Source: the human T2T-CHM13v2.0 reference genome, Homo sapiens. From it: a DNA stretch of 64,000 nt. The notes under the pieces were generated by a model that worked only from the letters and a program-made list of their open reading frames with translations, ran no database searches and was not told the origin of the DNA. The position numbers and the translations under genes are program-made. The stretch lies in the NCBI RefSeq assembly GCF_009914755.1, contig NC_060926.1. One strand, written 5' to 3'. Below are positions 15,395-28,499 of the stretch, one piece after another. Every line of letters starts with the position of its first letter. The stretch's first letter is position 1.

Positions 15395-16671
15395 CATACC
15401 TTATCTCAGACAAACATCACATTTTTTTCAGTGATGATTTCATTATACACAAAGTAATTACTTTTTCCATACTTTAAGTATGCACTTGAAACTATGTTGA
15501 ATGCTTATCACCATATATTTATGTTGAATTAATGGATGTCAGAGAAGTTTGCAAGCAGTTTCTAGGTTTAGTTAACATTTTATTTCCCATTGAGTCAGGC
15601 ACACCTGCCCCAAGACCATCCAAACTGATAGCCATCCAAATTGTTTTCCTGTGGTGATGAGTAGCAATTTGATTCTGGCTCAACTGTAGAGGTACTGTTT
15701 AGTGGAACCTAAGCAAATGTGTCTGTAAATGGTATGATGTTTTTGAATTGTTTTGACATTCTAAAGGAGGGAATCATAAGCTATGATTTATTTTTCTCCT
15801 TTAAATTAAAAAAAAAAAAAAAACTCCTTTACAGAATTTCTGTCTGCTGACCTCAAGTAGTTGGTAACGGACTCAAGATCACAGCAACTCTTTTTTCTAA
15901 AATTAAAAAGAACCCAAGATTCAGAAGACAGACCAAATACTGGATGGTTCTCATTTGATGCTGCAGAGAAAGAAACAGGAGGTCACACATTTTTCTTTGA
16001 GCTACATTATCAAAACCTAACTATCTTTATGTAGACACTTTCACAAAATAACTTTTAATTGATTCATGAGATTGTGAATGTAACACACTTTCATTTATAC
16101 CATTCGTTTTAATTGAATTATATTAGGTGAATTGTTGGACTAATGATAACACTGATAACAACAGTAATAATATTATTCAAAACCGACAAAGCCTTTTCAA
16201 TGTGTCAACTATTCTGCAAAGTTTGTTACATTATTATCTCACTTAGTCCTAACAATCATCTTATTCACTTCACTGAGGCAGCTGAGCAATTTGTCTCAGG
16301 TTATAGTGGTGAAAAGAGAATGGGGCCTGCATTGAACACAGGCAATCTGACACCACAGATAATTCTAACCATCATGCCACAGTAGTTGATAATTGACTCA
16401 AAATCAGCTGCTTTTTTTCTTCAAACTGAAAAGAATCAAGACCTAGAACACAAACCAAACACAGTACAAACATAGCCCTATGAGTCTAAGGGTGGCTCTC
16501 ATGCCATCACCCCACGGTTTTGCTTTTACAATTTTGACATTCATCTTTAAAGAAAGAACACAAAATTGTGAATATGTAAATATATATTTAGAGTGAAAAA
16601 GTACATCCAAATGCCATTTTCATAAAAAGCAGTTGAAGATGGTAGCCAACACAAAATCCTGAAAAATAATA

Positions 16672-17063
16672 GAGTCGTGCGTCACTTAATGATGGGGATA
16701 TGTTCTGAAACATGCTTCCTTAGGTAAATTGGTCATTGTGGGACCATCATACAGTGTACTTAGACAAACCTAGATTCTGTAGCCTACCACACACTTAGGC
16801 TATATGGTACAACCTATTGCACCTAGGCTACAATCCTGTACAGCATGTTACTGTACTAAATACTGTAGGCAATTGTAACACAATGGCATTTGTGTATCTA
16901 AACTTATCTAAACATAGAAAAGGTAATGTGTTGCACTGTTACAGTACTATGGTACAATGTCACTAAGTGATAGAAATTTATCAGCTCCATTATAATCATA
17001 TGGGACCAGGATCCTATATGTGGTCCATCATTGATCGTAACGTCATTATGGGGCACTAGACTG
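16672..17063 (-). mobile_element. Tigger3a (MER7A) non-autonomous Tc1/pogo element
   Basis: Ends GAGTCGTGCGTCACTTAATGATGGGGATATGTTCTG and CGTCATTATGGGGCACTAGACTG; TA target duplication at 16670-16671 and 17064-17065. Confidence 0.85.
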
Positions 17064-17330
17064 TATCTTTTTTTCCTTACTTTTTTTTAATTTCTTTACA
17101 CTTTCTTTGTTCATCTCTCCATATAATTTTTACATAATTCTCATTTTCTATACAATGAAGAATTAGAATTTTCCTCTAATATATTTAGTTCTTTTTTTTT
17201 TAATAGATACTTTAGGAAAGTTACTGTCAGGCTTACAGCTCACTGTTGGTAAGAGCATGAGAACTTTTAGGATTGTTGTTAAATGTGAGGAAACTTCTTT
17301 CAAAGTCCTTTTTTCAAAAAAAAATTATAG

Positions 17331-17525
17331 CACACACACATGTATATACAAATACATATATAGATATACATGCACACACATATATACATATATACATACA
17401 TACACATATGTTGCATATATTTGTTACATATATGTGTGTGTGCATATATATATACATATACATATACATACACACACATATATACACACATATGTGTATA
17501 TATAGACACATATGTGTGTATATAT
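17331..17525. repeat. Compound (TA)/(CA)/(TG) microsatellite
   Basis: About 195 bp of nearly uninterrupted alternating purine-pyrimidine sequence; source of several spurious H/I/Y/T-rich ORFs. Confidence 0.95.
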
Positions 17526-17779
17526 GGTGTAAGTTTGAGGAAAACTTCCTTCAGATCAGCTTTTGATTTAGAAAATTCTGAACCTTGTTCCTTTTCTACT
17601 ACCTGTATTCTTCCAGTGCCAGGGCACCATAGCCCATGATCATTTTGCAGCATGATCTCTGAGAATACACCTTTGGGTGGGTCTGTCTGCATAGAGAATA
17701 GGTACAGAGGGTGGCGAAGCACACCTGATGGCCATCCTTCATTAGGTCGACTAGCAGAAACCAAACACAGGAGTATATG

Positions 17780-17940
17780 GTAGTAAGATTTAGCAGATAA
17801 AAATACAGGATACCCAGTTAAATTTGAATTTCAGATGAACAACAAACAATATTTTCTGGATACACTTACACTTAAAAATTATCCATTGTTCATCCAAAAT
17901 TCAAATTTAACTGATGTCCTGAATTTTATCTGTCAACCAT
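17780..17940. mobile_element. MER53 palindromic hAT MITE (central part deleted)
   Basis: Arms CAGGATACCCAGTTAAATTTGAATTTCAGATGAACAA and TTGTTCATCCAAAATTCAAATTTAACTGATGTCCTG are mutually complementary and match recalled MER53. Confidence 0.85.
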
Positions 17941-19852
17941 ACAGAAGCATCCGTGAAACATGTAAGTATTTAATATAAGCCACTAAACTGAATTTAAGGT
18001 ATCACCAACTAGATTTCCTCAGAGCAAAATCCCCAAATGGGATCTGGATACTCTAACACTGCTTGACCAGATAAGGGCAATGCAGAGGAAATCAAAGGGG
18101 AAATAGGCAGGAGTTTCAGTCAATTATAGTTAAAATATTTCACTTTTGCAACTTTATGACCATGTATGCAAAAATAGGGACTACACAAACACATTGCCAC
18201 GGCCACTACCAGTACCAGGGACCCATGCAAGTGAAGAACCCTAAAGCTTAGCCTGATCAGCCTTGAAGTTAAGTCTACCTACTTCACTGGATCTATAAAA
18301 GACCACAGCATATTGGCCTATGTCAAAGTACTGACCATGCACCAAAACTTCCCCAAAAGTTCTATCAGCACAACTTCTGAATTCTAAATTTTTTCCTCTC
18401 TGATCATTCATATAATATTGTACTACATTAGCTCATGCTTATTTGATTGTAATTAAAAACTTGGTGATTTTTTGATTCCCAACTAGGTATCCAGATGTAT
18501 ATCTATGTGTATACTGTATTTTTTTCACAACTAGGTTTTAAATTCCTCCAATGCATTGTGAAGGCTTTGCCCCCTCCTGATATGCTTCTTGGAGTTATCC
18601 AAATAGGACCTAAGTGGAGGAAGGGAACAAAAATATTTAGTACAATAATGTATTGGTGTTCTTTTTGAATAATTAGACAGTAGTATAATTTAAATGAGGT
18701 AATATGACTTTTTTGTTTAGGAACTTCCTGAGTGTCTCTTTAGATGTTTAAAATAAGCCCAACTGCATATGATGTTAGGGAAGAAGGCAATACACATAGA
18801 AGGACAAATAATTCTGCATAATCATAGGAAAAGAATGTTTCTACAAGCAGCCCAGGACACAGTGTAAGAGGGGAGGAAGGAAAAGATGTCTTAAAGGTCT
18901 GAATGAGAAGGGAGAGCCCAAGTTTCACAGAAAGAGGCCAGAGTTCTGCAGAAAAATATAGTCAGTTATGTTTTTCCAAGGTGTTGGATAGTAGATATTC
19001 TTCACTTCTAAGTATGGAAGTGCCTAATACTGAATTTTAAGGATCTGTTTCACACTAGTAAGTTCTGATAATTCTTTTCTAATTCAGCGGTCTTCAGTCA
19101 ACATCTATTGCACACAACAAATTTGATCTAGTAGTACTTTGGAAGAATTAGAGGATAGGCAGTCTATTATGTGGCAAGATGGAGCAGTAAAATAGGAAGA
19201 TCTGGATTTAGTCGCAATGTAGCTACCTTCCTTAAAACAGGCTAGATTTTGGTCGCTAATTTGGTCCAAGGGACCACAGAAATGCATGCGAAAATTGATT
19301 GAGGCTGTATAATACATGAAATACTGATCTGGAGCCATTGGTTTTGAATGTCTTTCTTTTTATAAAAAAGGAACTGAAAGTGAAAATAACATGCAGATAC
19401 TATCAAAGTGGACAACAGTTAGCAATCTATGCTTGCTGACTTACATCTGTCCGTCCTTTCTCTCACCTGCTTTACCTTCTAGCACACTGATTTATTTTTG
19501 TGTTTTATCCCTTATCCATCAATTACTTGGGCAAAGCTGGGAGAAAAAGGTCTTTCCTAGCTCATACCACTTCGAGCCATGTCTATCACACACTGCATTT
19601 TATTCCCAACACTGTTGAGAATCTCTTGTTTCCTTGCTGCCCTTTATTTATAGACCATCTAGCTACATTCCCAACACAGGTAAAATGTCAGGCAATGTAA
19701 ACCATATTTCCCTGCAGCCCTTTGGCCATAACGTTATAAAGAAAGCACCTTTAATTTATCATGTCCTCCTTGAGTGCCCACAGCTGTTTCACTTAGGAGA
19801 GCCCAGCATCCTTCTGTGGAGAGCTTGGAGCAATTTGACAAAACTAAATCAA

Positions 19853-19902
19853 GGGGTTGCATGGGGTGATCTCTAAGATCCTTTCCAGCCTAGAATTCTG
19901 TG
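19853..19902 (+). mobile_element. MIR (MIR3/MIRc) 3' fragment
   Basis: GGTGATCTCTAAGATCCTTTCCAGCCTAGAATTCTGTG. Confidence 0.5.
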
Positions 19903-21234
19903 CTGCTAGGACTCCATCCTCCACAGATAAATGTTCAGCTGAGTGCAGAGAAAAGAGCCATACTTTACTATTATCTGATATTAAGGGCAAGAACACTTGG
20001 CAGTTTGCATAATTCCTGGCTAAATATTTGTCAGCCTAAGCTGTAATATATGTTAGGTTATAGTTATCTAAAACTAAAATTAAATGTCTAGAAAAGTCTA
20101 TTGTGGTATATAGTCTATCCATATACTTTCTTGAGGAGTTTTAATTGAAGAGGTAAGGGCTAGGGTAAAGGCGATATGTGCAGGGGTTTCTTAAAAGCAT
20201 TATTTGACACCTCGTGAAAAAGAACTTGAAAAAAATAAATATATTCCTAAGAGTAATTTTATATTTATTGCACTTAATTTAACAAATTATTGCGGGAAAC
20301 ACATAGACAGCATTTTCCCAGTAAAATTATTATACTTAAATGAACTTTTGACAATGTATTAATTACAAGGACATGACCACATTTATTCTGCTGATCCAGT
20401 AATTACACACATTAAAGAAATATTTATCCACAAACCATGCAGTGTATTTCAAAACAGCACTTATTGCCAAACTACATTTCCTGGATATCTGTGCCTGATT
20501 TCCAGTTACTAGTAATTTTTTAATTTTAAGAGAAAGGGAGAAGTGATGAGAAATTTGAAAAATCTTGTATAAATAAATGCTTATTGATTTAAAAAATTGA
20601 AATGCAGATCTTTTTAATCATAGACCACTTCTACTTGGAAAAATAATTCTGAGGCAACTAACACCATGTGTTTCAGATGGGAAAGGGAGAACAGTAATCA
20701 TAATATTTCAAGCTCGTTCCTTCTTTCCTATCTCTAGTCATGAATAAAAACATAGCTAAATTTTAAACTAAAATATGACTTCATACTATAAAACAATCAG
20801 AGAAAAATTAATATAATTTGCAGCTGTCTGGAAGATTCAAATATACAGTTTATTCCAGAAAGTTTGAATACTTTTTATGAAATCTTAGCAATTGTTTACA
20901 ATACAGTTGGACTAGTTCTACACTTGTAGTAAACCATAGATACAAACATGCTCATCTTCACTTTGAATGTTATAAAGCACAGTGGGAGAAGGGAGGAAAA
21001 GAAGCCTTTTTAAATTCAGGTTCTAAAGTTAGAGGTGTAATGAATGCGAAGAACTGGCAGGTTGAACTCAACCAAAGGGACTGTTTCTTTCTCAGTGGCA
21101 TACTTTATTTAGCTTACCAAATAATGAAAACATTTCTATTATGATATTTGAAGATCTGATATTACATTCACTTCCCTATGTCTTCGGAAAAGTTCTTATT
21201 AACTGAACATTTCAAACATGACACTTAAGAGATG

Positions 21235-21260
21235 CCCTAACCCCTTGCCCTAACCCCTTG
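21235..21260. repeat. 13-bp tandem duplication
   Basis: CCCTAACCCCTTG x2. Confidence 0.85.
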
Positions 21261-22562
21261 GATAATTGGATGAAATAGCAAGATCTAACTTGATTTTTAA
21301 ATTTTACATGAAAGGAAAACCTAGAAGCTTTTCTTGTTCCTTCTTCAGGTGAAAAAGGAGGAAATATTATCAAAAACTTAGTACTTCATGTGAAAATAAT
21401 AATAAAACTAGAAAGAACAATGGAAAAAACTATGTTTTGTTGAATGCCTTCTTTGAGCTAGCATTTTATATATATTAGGTCATATAATCCTCACAACTTT
21501 TTAAAAATGGGGTTAACTGCAAAATACACATCTAGATAAGAAGGTTGAAACTAGTATAATGTAGGTCATGAGGTGATTAAGTCCAAAGGTATCCTCCAAA
21601 CAGTAGAAAAGCTCCAACATACTGGTTTTTTAACACACTCAAGGTTTACAGAAATTAAAACACATCATCAAGTTGATGCCACAATGTGGCAGTGTATCCA
21701 CTCCTCCTACATTACTGTGCCAATTCCCAAAATCAAATGGTACATCTTAGTACTGATGAAGTAGAGGAGAGTGTTTCCTCAAATACCTAGAAGAGACAGG
21801 CATGGAAATTGTTAGGTGATAAAGGTCATCACCAGTGATCATGCAGCTTTGCATAGTGCCTGAGACACTATCAAATGAATTCAAGTCTATAATATCACCT
21901 TACTCATTGTCAGTGGGGCTACATCAGAACTTGGCAGAAAACAGATCAATGAGATGGTTACAAGGCCTAAACACAGAGCAGGAAACCTCACTTTTGATTG
22001 TGTGTCTGCTGTGGGAACACAGATAAATTTGGGCAGAATGAAATCTATAATACTTTTTAGCTCTAAATTCATCAAAGATATTTCTTAAATTATAAAGCTG
22101 CTTAAATAGACACATGAATGTCTTTTGAAAACCCACTTGTAGATATAAAAATACTACATGCTTTAAGCTGCATAAACAATTCCTGCTATAAAATTTAAAA
22201 TATTACTCTTATTAAAACACAGAAGTAGGTTCTTATAAAAGTATGTTTTAAACGTATTTTTAGGTATAAAGTAGGGAATATTGTTCTTGCCTTGGAGAGA
22301 ACAAAGTAGGGGAACAAAAGAAAAAAGTAATAGGACTTTCATAACCCAAACTATATTTATTAAAATTAGAACATTCTGCTCCCCACCAAATCTTATTAGA
22401 ATACCCTCATTGTAATTCTGCCTGGGTTACTACATAATCTGTTTCTAGTGTTGTCAGTGATTGAGAAATAATACGAATTAAAGTGCGTTAGATCAAATAG
22501 ATAAATATAGGTATGACTAAAAAGGCAAATGAAAGATTGATATGAATTCTCTTCATTTATTT

Positions 22563-22864
<302 letters not shown>

Positions 22865-23478
22865 TTCATTTATTTTTTAAATCCTTCATTTTGATAGCCT
22901 ACCTTTCTGCAAAATTACATATAGAGAAATAAAGAAAAAACAAGAGCTTAAAATGTATTTTAAACTTTTCTTGCAACTAATTATGTATTTGTTGCTCCTG
23001 AGTCACAACTACTGATATTTTTGGCTTCCAGAGCATTCTATGAAAAAAGTTGTGATAAATGTTTTGCTTTGACTTCATACACCAAAGCCTTCACTATCTG
23101 GCCAAAAATCTATTTTCGTGGGTTTTGTGGTTATGGCAATTAGGCTCCCACATTTGGCTATGTCCCAAGAGTCAGAGAATCCGGCCATTAGAAAGTAAGA
23201 CTCCAAGCATAGAATCCTACTTCTGTGCAATTAGATTAAAAAGATATGCTTTCCTCCCCTCCAAAGAAAGTGTTAACTCATGAAACTCTCAATCAAGGAT
23301 TCCTCCTTTCTAGCATTTATTTCTCATCATCCATCACAACCAAGGTGAGTGTAAACTAAGAACACCAGGATTTCAATAAGTAATTGATCACTGATTACAT
23401 GCTACATGAACAGACAGAGAAAAGAAAATACATTAATATATGCTTAAAATATGATAAACTTCAACCTTCGTTCTTGTT

Positions 23479-23501
23479 AAAAAAAAAAAAAAAAAAAAAA
23501 A
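23479..23501 (+). repeat. Pure A23 homopolymer
   Basis: 23 consecutive A with no adjacent recognisable SINE or LINE body. Confidence 0.9.
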
Positions 23502-24397
23502 CCACTATGCAATACTAGGTTAATTTGGTTTTGTCTGAAATCCACAGTCAATACCATATTTATTGGTGAAAATCTAAAAGCAAAGTTAAATGGGTTTATT
23601 ACATCAGTACAGTTTCTAAACATTGCTTTAGGAATTCTGGTCACAGGAAAACATCATGCGATGTAAGTAAGAAGTAAAAATGCTGGAAAGTGATCAAAAT
23701 GTATTTTTTTTCAAAAATTTTTCTCCACATCAACAATAACTACTGAAGTAGTAATAGCAGGAAAAAATTGTGGCCACCATAGAAATTCTTTTCAAATAAA
23801 CAAAATTATTCTAAGAATAACTCTAAAAATGTTTGTAAAGGGCCAATGTATTTTTTAATAATTTCTCTAAAATACTAGGTATATTTTAGTAGATACCATA
23901 GAACATAGAATCCAGATTTTCCTAAACCTTAAAAAATTAAATGTGTAAAAAAAATCACAAGTCTTCTTGAGATTTATAAGTTCAATATCACAAAAAATAA
24001 AATCTTAATGGGCCTATTTTGTAGATACAAAACAATTCTAAAATTGTTTTGTCAATACAAAACAATTCTAAAATACATAAGGAAGCAAGTAAAATGTGGG
24101 TATGTATGTTGGGCGTTTGGTTCAGTGTAAAGAGGTATGTACCCTATACAGCTAAGGTAATTATAACAGTGAAGTAACAAATCAAAAATCAAAGGACAGA
24201 TTGTTTGCCTTTAAGTCCTAAAGAATGCTAAAGAGGCAAGGTTAGCTTTTTGCAATGGAAATATTGGAAACTCTAATGAAAATACTGAGAATTAAGTATT
24301 AACTGATAACTAAGTACTTATACCCAACTCTTTGCTTTATTAAATAAATATAATTCTCTAACAACGGTTTCATAAAAGAACAAAATAATAATAATAA

Positions 24398-25191
24398 TGA
24401 GACGGAATAGTTCCCTTGACCCCTTTGTGGGACTCATGAAGGGGTGGCTTGCTTATTCAGCCAGCAGCTCTCAAACCCCTTGCAGGAGGGGAAGCATGCA
24501 GGTGAGCGGTTGCAGAGGCCAGAACAAGTGCTTCTGCGCACAGGCAGGATTAGAATTCTGCGCGGCTCTGTGGCAGCATCTAGGAGTTGCCTGAGACCCT
24601 TGGCGCCCCAGAGGGCATGTGTTACAATCAGTGCTCCTTTTAGCATTTGCCATCTGTGGACAGTTAGGTGTTAATCAGCTCAGGCTGGTTTTAGCATTTG
24701 CCATCTGTGGACAGTTAGGTGTTAACCAGCTCAGCCTTTTACACCCTTCCCTCTTGGAATCCAAGTTCTTGTCTAGCATCTAGGAAGAATCAGGTTAAAT
24801 GAATGAAGAGTGGGTGAATGTGGAGGACTTTATTGAGCAGTGGATGTGGCTCTTAGTAGGAAGGGGAGCAGGAAAGGGAGTAAAGTGGTAGGATAATCTT
24901 CTCCTGGAGTCTGGCTGCCGGACTGACCTCTCTGACCATAGTCCCCAGTGTCCAGCTGCTTCTTCTCCTCTTGATGTTCAGACGCTTTTGTCTTCTGTGT
25001 GTGTGTCTACTGAGTCTGGGGTTTGGGGTTCTTATGGGCACAGGATAGGGGTGGGATTGGCCAAAAAGGTAAGATTTGGGTGAGAAAACAGGGATTGTAC
25101 TCACTTTGGGCCATGGGTACAGGCTTGAGGGTGGAGCCCTCACAGGGACCTCGCCCTCTTCTACCCAGTATTTCCCTGACTGTCTATATCA
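24398..25191 (-). mobile_element. Solo ERV1 LTR of the LTR1/LTR27/LTR28/MER52 group
   Basis: TG...CA ends; minus-strand start TGATATAGACAGTCAGGGAAATACTGGGTAGAAGAGGGCGAGGTCCC; 4-bp TSD ATAA at 24394-24397 and 25192-25195. Confidence 0.85.
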
Positions 25192-26071
25192 ATAATAATG
25201 GCATAGACTAGAAGAAAAGAAATACTGGAATATTAAGAGTTGTTATGCCACTCTTAGATTATAGATAAGATTATCTTTACTTTCTTCTTTATATAACTAT
25301 TGCATTTTACAAACATTTTTCAACGATAATGTGCATTATATAGAATTTTTATTTTTTAGAAAAAGCTACCTTGAAAATATTATTTCCAAATTTACCTTAC
25401 CCAACCAAGTCAGCCACACTGTGTCATTTACTATGGGTCAAATATTATTCTAAGTAATTTTACAAAATTAACTAGTTTAATAATGCCAACTATAGATTAG
25501 AAAACCTAGGTAGCATTTCCTCTAAGCTAAGTGGTAAAACAAGAATATGATCCTAAGCAATTTTTCTCTAGAGGTCAAACTTGAGCAAGATCTAACCAAT
25601 GACATTAGCTTTAAGGTTGCATCAGGTATTTTGACTGAGTTTATGGCATTTGCACACATAATAAAGTTAACAGAGATAATTTCATCGCTTTGCTTTCAGT
25701 GCATTGCAAATACTTCTGTTCATATATAACTAGTTAAATAGATTTACTGCGTCTATTTTTTTACCTAAATTACCTAAATACTCAAATAATTTCCAAGTAA
25801 GATAGAGTATGGAAACATTGATCTCTAAGCATATTTTAAGTGTATATGTTTTTTTGCTTTGTATTTTATATGCTATAAAGAGGCTATAGTTTTTGGTCAT
25901 GATAATAAAACTGCTCATATTTGACACATTAAGAAGGTAAGAGCCAGATGTGTGCAGCTGCAGAAAGGCATGATGTGTGTACCCATGAGTTCTGCTAGGC
26001 TGCTCACATGCTATAGTTACTAGGCAGTTCTTGAGTGTCCAAGCCTAATTCCTCTGTGAAATCGAACTTAG

Positions 26072-26370
<299 letters not shown>

Positions 26371-26494
26371 GGAATCATCGAAGCTGGTTCCTTTGACTAA
26401 AAATAATTATAAGTGGCTGAAGTATCCTAACAGTAATAGTGACTAAGAAAAGGAAACTTCCTTGGGGAAGTAGAATCGTCTTTGGTTTCAGTAA

Positions 26495-26810
26495 CACAGG
26501 GGGCCCCACAGCCTTGGCTGACTCAGCCCTGGCAGCCTGAATCTGTCCAGACCTGCGGGACCGGCCCCACCCCCACATCTGCTGTCTTTCATCCTCCCGA
26601 GACCCTGGGTCTGGGCTAGGGAGGGCTCCCACCCACCACAAGCTCCCCCGCAATCAGCCACCCCCCAACTTCACCCGCGACCCCCTTAACTGCTGCTCCT
26701 GTCTTGCGGGATTTGCCACCTGTGCTTGGAGGCGCCCCCACCACCTCCATGCTGGTGGGCTTTAAACCATTTCCATGAACTCTCCAACCCCCTCACTCTT
26801 ATCTCCTCAC
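26495..26810. promoter_or_regulatory. Unique GC-rich, CpG-containing island; candidate promoter or enhancer with AP-1/MARE-like site
   Basis: Abrupt GC rise, several CpGs, C-rich boxes (GGCCCCACCCCC), GGCTGACTCAGCC at 26516-26528; no repeat family recognised. Confidence 0.35.
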
Positions 26811-26932
26811 TTGTTCACATCAAGTACTTTCATTTAAAATATAAGGACATGGTTGCAGAAATGTAATTCTCCATGTATTATAAACATTGATATTTTAGAA
26901 ACTGCCCCGTCCTCAGTGTCTCCAGTAACGCC

Positions 26933-27034
26933 GAGACCACAGCCACTCCCTTCTCACCATCCACTAGAGACCACAGCCACTCCCTTCTCACCATCCACCC
27001 GAGACCACAGCCACTCCCTTCTCACCATCCACCC
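26933..27034. repeat. Minisatellite, 3 x 34 bp
   Basis: GAGACCACAGCCACTCCCTTCTCACCATCCAC(TA/CC) at 26933, 26967 and 27001. Confidence 0.95.
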
Positions 27035-28499
27035 TTAAAAGTACAGCGGGAAAACCACAGCGTCCTTTCTACTCCAATTCACAGTTCACTGCACCCCGTT
27101 TCTCCAGGGAGTGAGTACTCAATGCTTGGAAGTATTTACTAATTGCCAGATTACATTCCCCACAACAAAAAACGTTTTTGAAATTTAAATAGCAACGTAA
27201 TTCTTGTGTCTAAGAGCTGCAAGTGTTAAAATACTTTTCTGGATCCGGTTATGGTCCCATTTTTAGTAACAGGCAATTCTTCCAAACTACATGAGGAATC
27301 AAATATTTATATTATGTCATGTGTACATTTCCATCGCATATACATGCTTATATCTATATAAATATATGGCATAAATCTATTTACATAATGCATGTGTAAA
27401 TATTGACATGGGATATGTAATATGGTATGTGTGCTATTTATTTATGTAATTAATATATCAAAAATTTTTAGAGTTATTTTAAAGGAAAGTACACCTTGTG
27501 GAAATGGATTGGGAAATTTCAGGAGTCTCATTTGGAGGGCACCCTAGGGTCCCTGCGGCCCCTCCCAGGACGTGCCTCTGGAGGATTCGGGATGGGGGGG
27601 GTTGTTCTTCCTGGGAAAAACAGGAGCTGGGAAGTCTTAACGAGTGTGTGCTGAGTTTTTATTTGTTTATTTGTTTATCCAAGTAAAAAGAGTAGTCTTG
27701 TCCTAAAGACATGGTTGTCATTTTTTTGGTCTCTGGACCAAAATTCTTAAAACTTTTTAAGGATCCTAAAGAGCATTTACAGCTATGGCTGGTTAAATCC
27801 TGTAGTTTCCTGGGCTTCATTTCTTTGTGTTGGGAGAATGAGTTCTTTTAAAAGTCTACTGTGAGAGCCATTTTGAAAACTTCCAGAAAGAATTTATGGC
27901 TGTAGTAATTTCAGTATCTTAAGTTTATTCCTTATGGGTTAATCTTTGAGATTTTTATGATCATGAAGGGGGAGCTGGTCAGTTAAAATTGCGAAAGACT
28001 TTGAAATAGGCACTAAAGATCACTGGATGCCATGATGAATGCACCACTCTAGACCATCTGACCTTCCATTGTGTCTGAATCATTTTACAATTTAGTGAAT
28101 TGTAGAAAACAAACAATACAAATGATTCTTGTACCTAAAAATGCAAACAGATTTTGTCTAGTGGAATGCAATTGATTGTTGCCCTGTAGATACCTGATCA
28201 ATGCTCTGTGGATATTGATCAGTTTCAAATCTATTTGTAAATTTATTTCAGCATTCCTCATTGGTACTTATTCTTCCTCTCTCTCCACATGTAATACACA
28301 CATGTATATATGCATATAATGCATTCTTTGAATCCTTTGTATTGTATTTGTATGTATATATCTTTGTATGTATTTAATGCCTTCTTTGACATTTCTTTTT
28401 AATCAGTTATAAATCTTACTAATTCTCTCATTGATTAATTAGTTAAAATCTTGGATATGCAGTGATTAAAAAATAAACTACTTCAGAAATCATTTGCTC

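Larger units (their letters stand above)
16450..18285 (-). mobile_element. Probable old hAT-Tip100 (Zaphod/MER115-like) fossil, interrupted by Tigger3a, a microsatellite and MER53
   Basis: End block GGGACCCATGCAAGTGAAGAACCCTAAAGCTTAGCCTGATCAGCCTTGAAGTTAAGTCTACCT resembles a recalled Tip100-group terminus; internal extent uncertain. Confidence 0.35.

Noticed and set aside
17257-17764. Cluster of overlapping ORFs up to 154 aa
   Set aside because: Artefact of a stop-poor TA/CA/TG microsatellite
21235-21262. CCCTAACCCCTTGG resembling a telomeric repeat or phage T7 terminator
   Set aside because: Only a 13-bp local duplication; no TTAGGG array or hairpin-U tract
26933-27034. 34-bp repeats as a CRISPR array
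   Set aside because: Units are head-to-tail with no unique spacers, no cas genes are present, and the context is eukaryotic
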